From the sequence record MN850651.1: DNA of 64,000 bases. One strand, 5' to 3'. Below, one piece after another: positions 44,752 through 55,017 of the stretch (the stretch's first letter is position 1; each line of letters starts with the position of its first letter). Made by a program: the position numbers and the translations under genes. This DNA comes from Escherichia phage moskry. The notes below the pieces were generated by a model. That model was not told the origin of the DNA. It was given only the letters and a program-made list of their open reading frames with translations, and searched no databases.

Positions 44752-45365
44752 TACTTAACGAAATTAATTTCTACCGGATGAACAACAGGTTGAGCAGTGA
44801 TATATTGAGTAATTGCTTTCATGACTAGAGCTTCAGAACCAGGATTTTTCTCAACGAATTCACGTGCTTGGTTATGGGCTTCAAGTTCACTTAGTAAACC
44901 GGAACGTTGGCATCCACGGTCTTGAGTACCCTGTTCAGATAAAAAGACGACTATGTATTTTTCATCGTCATACGGTTTAGACGGTTGAGCAAATGTTCCT
45001 TTACTTCCAAAAGGAGAGTTATGACGCCACATCACGCCGTGAGGAGTTTCAACCTTCGTATATTCGTGCGGGCCATTTTTCTTAGTTTCTTGATGTGGAA
45101 CTTCGTGGACCTTAGGGTTAGGACATTCAATAAAATGCTCATCTAAATCGGTCGAGAATATTAAAGTAAAACAATTACTAAATTTACCAACACCTGCCTG
45201 ATAAATTTTACCTTCAGAAGTTCTAATTTCACAAACTGAGCCAGCATCAGTAACTTCTAAAACTTCAAAAGGCTCGATAAGGTCATATGAGAACATGTTT
45301 TTAAGGCGTGGAGTAATATCCCCATTTTTAAAATTCATTTTATAAAAAGTATTAACTTTAAACAT
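44751..45365 (-). CDS. Hypothetical protein
   Basis: 204 aa; RBS GAGGA; UUCG hairpin immediately upstream. Confidence 0.5.
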   Translation of the reverse strand: MFKVNTFYKMNFKNGDITPRLKNMFSYDLIEPFEVLEVTDAGSVCEIRTSEGKIYQAGVGKFSNCFTLIFSTDLDEHFIECPNPKVHEVPHQETKKNGPHEYTKVETPHGVMWRHNSPFGSKGTFAQPSKPYDDEKYIVVFLSEQGTQDRGCQRSGLLSELEAHNQAREFVEKNPGSEALVMKAITQYITAQPVVHPVEINFVK

Positions 45366-45400
45366 AATTTCCTCAATGGGAGCCGAAGCTCCCAGTTAAA

Positions 45401-45766
45401 TTAGATATCAAATTCGTTAAGAACTACATCAAAGATTGCTTCGAGATGTTCAGGTTTAGCTCGGTTACTCAGGATATGACGAATCCAAGTTTTAACCAGA
45501 AGTTTACGATTAACACCATTCCAGCAAGGATGAGTACCTAAATCACGTTGACGGAAATCATCATCTAATGCAATTTTGAAGTTGGAACCTTCCATTGTGA
45601 TTGAAACCGTGATGCCATTTTCAAATCGCATATAAACATAATTAGGAGTCATATACTGCTCAATTTCACATACTGAACCATTTTTATGCTTCCACAAACA
45701 AACCATATCGATAGAACCAGCGATACCGTTAGAAACATATTTGCGTTCGAAGTTGGTGTAGTTCAT
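45401..45766 (-). CDS. Hypothetical protein
   Basis: 121 aa; RBS GGAG; own early promoter at 45808-45836. Confidence 0.5.
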   Translation of the reverse strand: MNYTNFERKYVSNGIAGSIDMVCLWKHKNGSVCEIEQYMTPNYVYMRFENGITVSITMEGSNFKIALDDDFRQRDLGTHPCWNGVNRKLLVKTWIRHILSNRAKPEHLEAIFDVVLNEFDI

Positions 45767-45807
45767 TTTATTCTCCAGATGTTTAAGTTGTTTGTTGGTA
45801 CAGGTCT

Positions 45808-45836
45808 ATAATAACATAACCTGTACCAAAGTAAAC
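45808..45836 (-). promoter_or_regulatory. Early promoter for ORF 45401-45766
   Basis: GTTTAC-N17-TATTAT; -10 sits in the loop of a 10-bp inverted repeat. Confidence 0.55.
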
Positions 45837-45840
45837 TGTT

Positions 45841-46209
45841 TTATGCAACTTTAATCCAATTGTCTAAATTTAAAACACCTTTGGCTTTCATTTTTTCGAT
45901 CAGGTTATCTGCTGTAATGCGTCCATTTTGATACCATGTAACATCTTCAGAGTAACCAGTTTCTTCGTCAACATATGTTTCTGAACGAATTTTACCGGTA
46001 ATAATAGTTTTTAATTCGTATGTGTCGCCTGTGAAAAAGTTTGCTAACACAATTTTCCAAGAGAAATCATCAGAAGGACCTTCAGGGGTCATACAACCTA
46101 CGAACTCAAATTGCTCTTTGTATAACATCCACTGGAATTCTTTAATTTCGATAGCTTTATAACCGTCATGGTCTTTACATTTGATGTATGAGTTCAGATT
46201 GATTTTCAT
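45841..46209 (-). CDS. Hypothetical protein
   Basis: 122 aa; RBS GGAG; own early promoter at 46251-46280. Confidence 0.5.
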   Translation of the reverse strand: MKINLNSYIKCKDHDGYKAIEIKEFQWMLYKEQFEFVGCMTPEGPSDDFSWKIVLANFFTGDTYELKTIITGKIRSETYVDEETGYSEDVTWYQNGRITADNLIEKMKAKGVLNLDNWIKVA

Positions 46210-46250
46210 TTTATTCTCCGATTGTTTTATTGATTAGGTGGTACAAGTCT

Positions 46251-46280
46251 ATAGTAACACCATCCTACAGGATAGTAAAC
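46251..46280 (-). promoter_or_regulatory. Early promoter for ORF 45841-46209
   Basis: GTTTAC-N18-TACTAT. Confidence 0.55.
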
Positions 46281-46311
46281 ATCTTTTTTAAACTTTTTCT
46301 GCCCTAAACGC

Positions 46312-46335
46312 ACAAAAGGGAGACCGAAGTCTCCC
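46312..46335 (-). terminator. Terminator after the 59-aa basic ORF
   Basis: Hairpin GGGAGACuucgGUCUCCC followed by UUUUGUG on the - strand. Confidence 0.6.
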
Positions 46336-46340
46336 TAAAA

Positions 46341-46520
46341 TTATGCAACAACCTTTCCAAAACGAGAAGCATCATCTCGAAGAACTGCACGTGCTCTGCG
46401 CATGATCTTCTCAACTGTTTGATTAATACGAGAGTTCGACCCACGCTTGTATCCAGCGCGTTTAGAGGTACCATCAACTTTCTTTTCAACTGCTTTCTTT
46501 GCTTTAGCTTGTTTTGCCAT
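46341..46520 (-). CDS. Small basic 59-aa protein, absent from the ORF track
   Basis: Hand translation MAKQAKAKKAVEKKVDGTSKRAGYKRGSNSR...; ends just before terminator hairpin 46318-46335; the ORF-track alternative runs through the hairpin. Confidence 0.4.
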   Translation of the reverse strand: MAKQAKAKKAVEKKVDGTSKRAGYKRGSNSRINQTVEKIMRRARAVLRDDASRFGKVVA

Positions 46521-46677
46521 TATAAATTCTCTTTAAATGAAAATGCAGGACTTATTGACATTGCCTGCGCAAGCCCTCAAGGGGAACATAGGTTTTGGAT
46601 ATTTAACGACAGGATAACCATAAACCTCGTCATCATACCAACCACGACTTAGACAGATAACCTTTTTCTGACGCGTG

Positions 46678-46706
46678 ATAGTATAAAATACATTCAAGAG
46701 GTACAC
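46678..46706 (-). promoter_or_regulatory. Candidate early promoter inside the rIII-30.9 non-coding region
   Basis: GTGTAC-N17-TACTAT, about 155 nt upstream of the 59-aa ORF. Confidence 0.4.
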
Positions 46707-46816
46707 CGTAAAACTGCCGGGGTCTTAAAACTATAATGATTCGCAAATCATTAATCAGACAGTTCGACGGCTCCTCGATTTTCTAGCCGCACTTAAGGTA
46801 GCGAATCACCTAAAAC

Positions 46817-47065
46817 TTATTTAAGGGTGATAACAAAATGACGTACTGCTTTACGAGCTGCAGAAGCCAAAGGCTTAGCATATTTCAGTTCATCTTTTGC
46901 TTCCAGTTCAGAAGCCAAAGCTGCCTGTACCGGGTTCAGATGTTTGAAATATCGCAGGATTTCAAGAGCTTCGGCTTCAACATCAATAGATGCGCCATAG
47001 TTTTCGTGGCCGTTATTCCATGCGTTTCGTTGCAGTTCAAGAGCGTGTTGTAATTGTTTAATCAT
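46817..47065 (-). CDS. rIII: Putative lysis-inhibition accessory protein rIII
   Basis: 82 aa as in T4 rIII; lies between the 30.x island and gene 31. Confidence 0.6.
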   Translation of the reverse strand: MIKQLQHALELQRNAWNNGHENYGASIDVEAEALEILRYFKHLNPVQAALASELEAKDELKYAKPLASAARKAVRHFVITLK

Positions 47066-47181
47066 TTTAAATTCTCAATTCGAGATAATATTTAGTAGCC
47101 ACGTTCGTCTGAATTTCACTTCCTTTCGACAAGTCTCTCAGTTGTAGGCTACCGCTTAGAAGAGTGTTCTCTTCATATAGT

Positions 47182-47189
47182 TATTTATA
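47182..47189 (-). promoter_or_regulatory. Candidate late promoter for rIII
   Basis: Reverse-strand TATAAATA immediately after the gene 31 stop, about 120 nt upstream of rIII. Confidence 0.4.
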
Positions 47190-47522
47190 TCACTTATAAA
47201 GACACGGAATAGCTTTATAGTGGCATGTTACGAATTTCTGTTTAATTTCTTTAGGATGTTTAAGTCCCAAAGCCACAAATGGATGTGGAACATTTCGAAT
47301 TTGTCCAACTGGTAGTGGAGTCAAATCACCGACTTCAACAAAACCTTTAGGAACATCAGGACCTACAGAATGAACTACACATAGTTCAGGAACTTCACCT
47401 TGAACACGTTTACCAATCACAAGTCCTGATTCGGTAACTTCTTCATCACCTGCTTGAGCGGGTTCAGAAACCAGAATAACATATTCACCAACAGCACGAA
47501 TTGGGAGTTGTACTTCAGACAT
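47190..47522 (-). CDS. 31: Co-chaperonin gp31 (GroES analogue)
   Basis: 110 aa; near-identical to T4 gp31; MotA-box middle promoter upstream. Confidence 0.95.
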   Translation of the reverse strand: MSEVQLPIRAVGEYVILVSEPAQAGDEEVTESGLVIGKRVQGEVPELCVVHSVGPDVPKGFVEVGDLTPLPVGQIRNVPHPFVALGLKHPKEIKQKFVTCHYKAIPCLYK

Positions 47523-47552
47523 CTTATTTCCTTGTTGTTTGACGATAGATTA

Positions 47553-47577
47553 ATAATACCATACTATTCGTAAAGCA
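47553..47577 (-). promoter_or_regulatory. MotA-dependent middle promoter for gene 31
   Basis: MotA box TGCTTTA, 12-nt spacer, -10 TATTAT; RBS AAGGA. Confidence 0.6.
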
Positions 47578-47579
47578 TA

Positions 47580-47888
47580 TTACATAAGAAGCAAACGTTC
47601 TACTGGAGTACCATCAACCGAAATTACTTTATCAAGGCGGAAAGAACGCCACTGACCTAACTCGGTATCGAATGCTCGAACTGATTCACGAGGTTCAGAA
47701 CGAACTTCTGTTGATGGGTTACTATTTTCATATTTGACTTCAAGTTCATCGCGGGAGGCAAACATCGTACGAACATCACCGTTAGCCTTTTCAAATACAA
47801 CACAATGAACGCCTACAGACAGAATAGTTTTAATACGTTCACGAAGAACCATAGTTTCTCGTTCAGTTAAAATCATATTATTCACCAC
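47580..47888 (-). CDS. Hypothetical protein (31.1-like position)
   Basis: 102-aa ORF upstream of gene 31. Confidence 0.5.
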   Translation of the reverse strand: MVNNMILTERETMVLRERIKTILSVGVHCVVFEKANGDVRTMFASRDELEVKYENSNPSTEVRSEPRESVRAFDTELGQWRSFRLDKVISVDGTPVERLLLM

Positions 47889-48459
47889 AAAAGTTTCGGA
47901 TTTGTTCCCAATTCAGAGAACGAAGATTATTACGAGAGTACTGAATTACTTCAATACCGGCTTGTTTTAGAATGTCGGCCCAATTTTCAGGAGATCTGTC
48001 ATATAATTCCGCGTATACAACCTTTTTAATACCTGACTGCGTAATAGCTTTAGTGCAATCAGGACACGGAGAAAGCGTAGTATATAACGTAGCACCTTCA
48101 ATAGAATTACCTTTACGAGCTGCAAACAAAATTGCGTTCAGTTCCGCATGGATTTCGTTATTAGCAGACCATGCACTATGAGCGGCCCGATGTTCTTTAG
48201 CCAAAACAAAATTATCCACCCGTCCAAATGCTGTAGTGCCTTCTTTATGCCCAGCAACGATGACCGGGCTTGGTTTATTCTTCAACCAACCGTTTTCGGA
48301 TGCATGTTCACAACAGTTAACACCACCGGCCGGGCTACCGTTATACCCAGTAGAAATAATGCGCCCATCTTTTTCAATGACGGCACCAACTTTCCATGAA
48401 CAACATTTTGATTCTTGAGAAATCAGATATGCAATCTGAAGGTATGTGCTAGCTTTCAT
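47878..48459 (-). CDS. cd: dCMP deaminase
   Basis: 193 aa as in T4; zinc-binding deaminase motifs HAELNAI and SPCPDC. Confidence 0.9.
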   Translation of the reverse strand: MKASTYLQIAYLISQESKCCSWKVGAVIEKDGRIISTGYNGSPAGGVNCCEHASENGWLKNKPSPVIVAGHKEGTTAFGRVDNFVLAKEHRAAHSAWSANNEIHAELNAILFAARKGNSIEGATLYTTLSPCPDCTKAITQSGIKKVVYAELYDRSPENWADILKQAGIEVIQYSRNNLRSLNWEQIRNFCGE

Positions 48460-49451
48460 TATTGAACCTTATTAATATAAGTTAACAGCTCTTTAGTTTG
48501 TTCCCAACTGATGCACGCATCGGTAACGGAAACGCCATAGGACATATTATCAGAAATTTTTTGATTTCCTTCATGTAGGAATGATTCTATCATAATTCCT
48601 TTGACCAAATCATTAGCTGCTAAATTTTTACCAATACCAATTTGATTGCTATAATGCCCATCAGCGTTTGCATGGCTACAGTCAACCATTACATAATGAT
48701 TCAGACCTACTGCACTTGCTTTGTTAGAAGCTTCTTGAATATCAGAAGAATGATAGTTCGGGCCGTTGGTCCCGCCACGCAATACGATATGCGTATTCTG
48801 ATTACCTTCAGCTTCAACAATGCCTACAGTACCATCGACGTCCATACCCATATACCGATGAGGCCAGGCGGCACTATACATCGCGTCTGTAGCTACTTTA
48901 ATAGAACCATTGGTTGCGTTCTTGAAGCCTACGCACATCGGTAGACCTGAAGCAATTTCACGATGTGTCTGACTTTCAGTCGTACGGGCGCCAATAGCAA
49001 CCCATGAGAAAATACCAGAAAGATACTTAATCGTGAATGGGTCTAATACTTCAGTTGCTAATGGAAGTCCCATACGTAGAAGTTTACGACACAATGTTCG
49101 TGCAACTATAAGACCGTGGTTCATATCAAAACTTCCGTCAAGATATGGATCATTTACAAGACCTTTCCAACCTACGGTAGTTCGAGGCTTTTCAAAATAA
49201 ACGCGCATCACTAACAGAACATTAGGAAGACGAGTTTGAAGTTCAGCCAAACGTTTGCCGTATTCAACAGCAGCAATAGGGTCATGAATTGAACAAGGAC
49301 CTACAACAATAAGTTTGCGTGGGTCTTCACCGTTCATAATCGAATTAACTTGTTCGCGATGAGAAGCCACTTGTGATGCGTAAGCTTCCGACAAAGGAAT
49401 AATCTCAGCCAGTTCTTTTGGAGAAATAAGTTTTCCGACGACAGGTAACAT
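48459..49451 (-). CDS. 3-deoxy-D-arabino-heptulosonate 7-phosphate (DAHP) synthase, type I-alpha (AroF/AroG/AroH family)
   Basis: 330 aa; motifs GPCSIHD, VMRVYFEKPRTTVGWKGL, GARTTESQTHRE, ILRGG, DCSHAN, ESFLHEGNQ, YGVSVTDACISWE; metal ligands Cys/His/Glu/Asp and PEP-binding Lys/Arg conserved; RBS AAGGA. Confidence 0.85.
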   Translation of the reverse strand: MLPVVGKLISPKELAEIIPLSEAYASQVASHREQVNSIMNGEDPRKLIVVGPCSIHDPIAAVEYGKRLAELQTRLPNVLLVMRVYFEKPRTTVGWKGLVNDPYLDGSFDMNHGLIVARTLCRKLLRMGLPLATEVLDPFTIKYLSGIFSWVAIGARTTESQTHREIASGLPMCVGFKNATNGSIKVATDAMYSAAWPHRYMGMDVDGTVGIVEAEGNQNTHIVLRGGTNGPNYHSSDIQEASNKASAVGLNHYVMVDCSHANADGHYSNQIGIGKNLAANDLVKGIMIESFLHEGNQKISDNMSYGVSVTDACISWEQTKELLTYINKVQ

Positions 49452-49571
49452 AACAATCCTTAGGAGATATAAACAGATTCTGATTCAACAATACCTTTAA
49501 CCGGATTAGACAGGCTAAGTTGGTAGTGCTCAGATTTATGACCATTCTCGATAGTAATGAGATAGCTCTCA

Positions 49572-49808
49572 TTATAGTGTTCCATATACTCGAGTTGCTT
49601 CAACAAGACCATCACTGCCTAATTTAAGATTAGTAATTTGGTCGCCATCTTTAGGATTTACAATTATGAGAAAAGAACGTGGAGATTCTTGAATAACTCG
49701 TAATGTTGCATCCTGGAAACGTTCAGACACTTTATTTATGAGTGCTTGAGCAAATTCTTTTACTTTAATCTGAAATTCGTGCACTGTAATTGGGTTTTCA
49801 CTTAGCAT
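49572..49808 (-). CDS. Hypothetical protein
   Basis: 78 aa; RBS GAGGAA; early promoter at 49838-49867. Confidence 0.5.
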   Translation of the reverse strand: MLSENPITVHEFQIKVKEFAQALINKVSERFQDATLRVIQESPRSFLIIVNPKDGDQITNLKLGSDGLVEATRVYGTL

Positions 49809-49837
49809 TCTGTTTTCCTCATTGTGTTGGTAGAGTT

Positions 49838-49867
49838 ATAGTATCACAACTCTACCATGTTGTAAAC
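49838..49867 (-). promoter_or_regulatory. Early promoter for ORF 49572-49808 and downstream DAHP synthase/cd
   Basis: GTTTAC-N18-TACTAT; -10 in the loop of a 9-bp inverted repeat. Confidence 0.55.
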
Positions 49868-49869
49868 CA

Positions 49870-50145
49870 TTAAATTGCTTTGCATTCAATTTTTTGTGTA
49901 CCGAAATTGATATCACATTGGATAACTAAATCGCCGTCAAGATCAAATACCACGATGACGTGTGCAGACCCAGGGAGAAGAGTAATAGCAATAGAATCTA
50001 CTTGGTTTGGGAGCAAAGCATTGAGTACATGAGTTACTTGAGCATGAACTCTGAGTTCGGCTGCATTATCAAGCACTTCAAACATATTATTAGCAATAAT
50101 CTGACTGAAGACTACCTTTACAATTTCAGAATAAGTTGGGAACAT
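49870..50145 (-). CDS. Hypothetical protein
   Basis: 91-aa ORF in the operon downstream of pseT. Confidence 0.45.
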   Translation of the reverse strand: MFPTYSEIVKVVFSQIIANNMFEVLDNAAELRVHAQVTHVLNALLPNQVDSIAITLLPGSAHVIVVFDLDGDLVIQCDINFGTQKIECKAI

Positions 50146-50152
50146 AATTACC

Positions 50153-50377
50153 TCAGTGCACAGTATTTACTTTAACTCGAACAACAAATCGCTCGGTTGG
50201 TTCACCTACAGGAACAAACTCTACATGATATTCGCCTTTGTAACGAGTATTCAGATCATTACGAATTCCTGCGAGTTTGTTGATTAATGTAGGACTCATA
50301 TTAAGTCCCACTAGTTTACGAAGCATTTTGTATGCTTCATCTTCGATTTCATGATGTTTATCGTACATAGTTTTCAT
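50153..50377 (-). CDS. Hypothetical protein
   Basis: 74-aa ORF. Confidence 0.45.
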   Translation of the reverse strand: MKTMYDKHHEIEDEAYKMLRKLVGLNMSPTLINKLAGIRNDLNTRYKGEYHVEFVPVGEPTERFVVRVKVNTVH

Positions 50378-50548
50378 TTAACCATTCAATTGCCTGGTCG
50401 ACGTTATCAAATATACCACCGTCCAACCATTCTTCATGTTCATAGTCCAGCACATCAATACCGAACCGTCCATTTACTAAAGGCCATACTACAAACAAAT
50501 ATTCTTTATGCTGTTCGATGACCTCAATCACTTCATATAATCGTTTCA

Positions 50549-50549
<1 letters not shown>
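50358..50549 (-). CDS. Hypothetical protein
   Basis: 63-aa ORF coupled to pseT. Confidence 0.4.
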
Positions 50550-51635
<1,086 letters not shown>

Positions 51636-51636
<1 letters not shown>

Positions 51637-51935
51637 TATTTGATTCCTAAGAAAGCTTCAAGAATACGAATGTTGAGTTCGCGCCGGTCTTTATTAATTT
51701 CAGCAACGTTTTTATTAATTGACGTACTTCTAACGTTTGAAGAAATAAATTTAATCATATGACTTTTGAGTTGTTGCAAATCCAACCCTTTTTCTTTAGC
51801 AGCTTTACGAAGAGCTTTACCTGCTTCATCTAGTGCTTTTGCCGCATCTTTATCATAATTGCCAAGTGACATTCCGCGGCAGATATCAATATACTCATCA
51901 GACCGTTTGATGTAATTCTCTAGTAATGTTTTCAT
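51636..51935 (-). CDS. Hypothetical protein
   Basis: 99 aa; RBS GAGGAA; early promoter at 51965-51993. Confidence 0.45.
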
Positions 51936-51964
51936 TTAGATTTCCTCAATTATCCATAGGAGCA

Positions 51965-51993
51965 TTATACTCTGCTCCCGAGAGTTTGTAAAC
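51965..51993 (-). promoter_or_regulatory. Early promoter for ORF 51636-51935
   Basis: GTTTAC-N17-TATAAT; flanking inverted repeat GGAGCA/TGCTCC. Confidence 0.55.
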
Positions 51994-52217
51994 TATTTTA
52001 CTAAAGATTCAATATACTCATGAAGAGCTTTAGTCGCTACTGCCCACTTATTCTGATATTCATTTTTCAGATTAGCACGAGACTGAACTAACAAGCGGTC
52101 ATTAGTCGGAGGCAAAGATTCTAATCGTTGAATCTGGCGTCCATAAATCATAGCCGCCATTTCAGATTCATAGATAAGCCCTTTAATGTATTCATGCTGT
52201 TCTTTAGTCATTGGCAT
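51993..52217 (-). CDS. Hypothetical protein
   Basis: 74-aa ORF. Confidence 0.45.
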   Translation of the reverse strand: MPMTKEQHEYIKGLIYESEMAAMIYGRQIQRLESLPPTNDRLLVQSRANLKNEYQNKWAVATKALHEYIESLVK

Positions 52218-52498
52218 TTTTCCTCTTTTAAACCACTACGATAATAACATAACATAGTCTTCTGGTCATGTATATATCTTTTTACGTCGTTTAACCAGAT
52301 ACGAAATTCTTGAGAGTCTTCAAATGGCATTCCAACCCACGGATTACCATCAATAACCTTTACTTGCCATTTCTGGTTGTATTCGGAAATAGGCGTAGGC
52401 CATGAAGGATGTAAAGTTTCTTTAGGGCTTACTGGCACATCCTGAGTACATCCAACTAGGAGACCAATAGATAATACAGCCACAGTTAATTTAATCAT
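52208..52498 (-). CDS. Putative outer-membrane spanin lipoprotein (Rz1 equivalent; T4 pseT.2-like)
   Basis: Signal peptide plus lipobox LLVGC; follows the candidate i-spanin. Confidence 0.6.
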   Translation of the reverse strand: MIKLTVAVLSIGLLVGCTQDVPVSPKETLHPSWPTPISEYNQKWQVKVIDGNPWVGMPFEDSQEFRIWLNDVKRYIHDQKTMLCYYRSGLKEEKCQ

Positions 52499-52851
52499 TC
52501 TGAGAGCTTCCTGAGGTCTTCTGCAAAGGAATCGAAGGACCTGTTGATTTGTTTTTCGACCAATCCTGGCTTACTTGCCACCACGTTCTTCTTCTTCGAA
52601 TCCTTACGGAGCTTTTCATTTTCAGCCTTAAGTTGGTCAACTAAAACACGGTTCTTATAAGTCATTTCTTCGATTGACTGATATTGAATCTTGAAGTCGT
52701 CTAATACTTTAGCATTGTTTTTAGCAGTCTCTTTAACAGAAGCCAATTCAGTATTCAGCGAATCGACTTTATGGTTCAGAAATGCTATTGTTACAGTAGC
52801 AACAACTGCAAAAGCTGCCACTACAATATATGATGCATTTACTTTAAGCAT
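52495..52851 (-). CDS. Putative inner-membrane spanin (Rz equivalent; T4 pseT.3-like)
   Basis: N-terminal transmembrane helix YIVVAAFAVVATVTIAFL followed by a coiled-coil-like region. Confidence 0.6.
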   Translation of the reverse strand: MLKVNASYIVVAAFAVVATVTIAFLNHKVDSLNTELASVKETAKNNAKVLDDFKIQYQSIEEMTYKNRVLVDQLKAENEKLRKDSKKKNVVASKPGLVEKQINRSFDSFAEDLRKLSE

Positions 52852-53339
52852 GTTTGAATAATCTCAATGATTTCGTCTCGGGATAATCCATTGATAAGAA
52901 CTGTTTTAGGCCCGTCAGTTTGGATTTTGTATGATTCAAACAATACACACAACTCTTCTGCTGTATGATATGGGCTTGAGATTCCGAGACGGTTGAATTT
53001 GTCGGTAAGAGGGTCGCAAATAATATAGAATTTGATACCTGCGATATGTACGTTTGGTTGACTAATATTAATGAACACATTAGCGTCATATTTAGTCAAA
53101 TTGTTTTGAAGAAATTCTACCATAGCATTAACTGCTTCTGGCATCGCTTCGCGTTTCTCTTCAGCGTATCGGGTTGAATACTCTTTTTGTTTTACTTTCT
53201 TTTTAAGATTTTTGGCCAGTGTAACACGTAGGTCAGTAAGATAACCAACTGGACGTCCTTTCTTAAAGACCCGGATTCCGTCAGTTGTGTCTCCAAAAGC
53301 GTTTACGACCATATCGTTAGTAATCAATTGCATATTCAT
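52839..53339 (-). CDS. alc: Putative Alc (inhibitor of host transcription on cytosine DNA)
   Basis: Start moved to MNMQLITND (166 aa; T4 Alc 167 aa) with RBS GAGGAG; ORF-track extension begins inside the promoter -10; assigned by position between rnlA and the pseT block. Confidence 0.55.
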   Translation of the reverse strand: MNMQLITNDMVVNAFGDTTDGIRVFKKGRPVGYLTDLRVTLAKNLKKKVKQKEYSTRYAEEKREAMPEAVNAMVEFLQNNLTKYDANVFINISQPNVHIAGIKFYIICDPLTDKFNRLGISSPYHTAEELCVLFESYKIQTDGPKTVLINGLSRDEIIEIIQTCLK

Positions 53340-53368
53340 AATTTTCTCCTCGTGTTGTTGATAAACCC

Positions 53369-53398
53369 ATAGTATCACCATCCTTGGTGTTTGTAAAC
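53369..53398 (-). promoter_or_regulatory. Early promoter for alc
   Basis: GTTTAC-N18-TACTAT about 30 nt upstream of the alc ATG. Confidence 0.55.
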
Positions 53399-53400
53399 CG

Positions 53401-54534
<1,134 letters not shown>

Positions 54535-54551
54535 TCAGTTAGTTTTTTTAA

Positions 54552-54581
54552 ATTGTACCACAATCCTTGTGGTATGTAAAC
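54552..54581 (-). promoter_or_regulatory. Early promoter for rnlA
   Basis: GTTTAC-N18-TACAAT; inverted repeat CCACAAtccTTGTGG in the spacer. Confidence 0.5.
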
Positions 54582-54991
54582 TACTTTTTCTTATGTTGGA
54601 TATTCCAAGGCGGGTTGAACTTTTTGATAAAAAGTGGTTCTTCAAGGTCCATTGTTGCGATGGTCATTGAACCAAGTTCGTTGGTGACTGAAAGGTCAAA
54701 ACATTGGCGGGCCCAGAATTCAACCTTTTTGCCTTGCATTAAGGCATCCAAAATCATAAGTGATTTTCTTGAATCTGAAGTCTGGTCTTTTCGATTTATG
54801 GCTGTTCGATAATAGTTAATGCGTTTCTTTAAATTCTTGGTTTTACCAATATACACAAGTTCGTCATCTATAGCAATAGCGTATATGACATTTTTCTTAT
54901 TAGGGACATCAACTGTTTTAATTGTTGCATCTTCTAATAGCTCCAATTCTGTATATTTAATAAAGGAATATTCGGCGGCAATATCTTTCAT
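54581..54991 (-). CDS. denA: Endonuclease II
   Basis: 136 aa as in T4 EndoII; GIY-YIG motif NVIYAIAIDDELVYIGKTKNLKKR. Confidence 0.75.
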   Translation of the reverse strand: MKDIAAEYSFIKYTELELLEDATIKTVDVPNKKNVIYAIAIDDELVYIGKTKNLKKRINYYRTAINRKDQTSDSRKSLMILDALMQGKKVEFWARQCFDLSVTNELGSMTIATMDLEEPLFIKKFNPPWNIQHKKK

Positions 54992-55017
54992 AATAAAGTG
55001 GGACCGAAGTCCCGTCC

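Noticed and set aside
46304-46652. ORF-track candidates 46304-46489 (-) and 46419-46652 (+)
   Set aside because: The - strand candidate reads through the terminator hairpin and lacks an RBS; the alternative 59-aa frame (46341-46520) fits RBS and terminator better; the + strand ORF lies in a region with only - strand signals
46521-46816. Possible tRNA gene in the large non-coding gap
   Set aside because: No cloverleaf could be built by eye; no GTTCGANTC-type T-loop with matching acceptor stem on either strand
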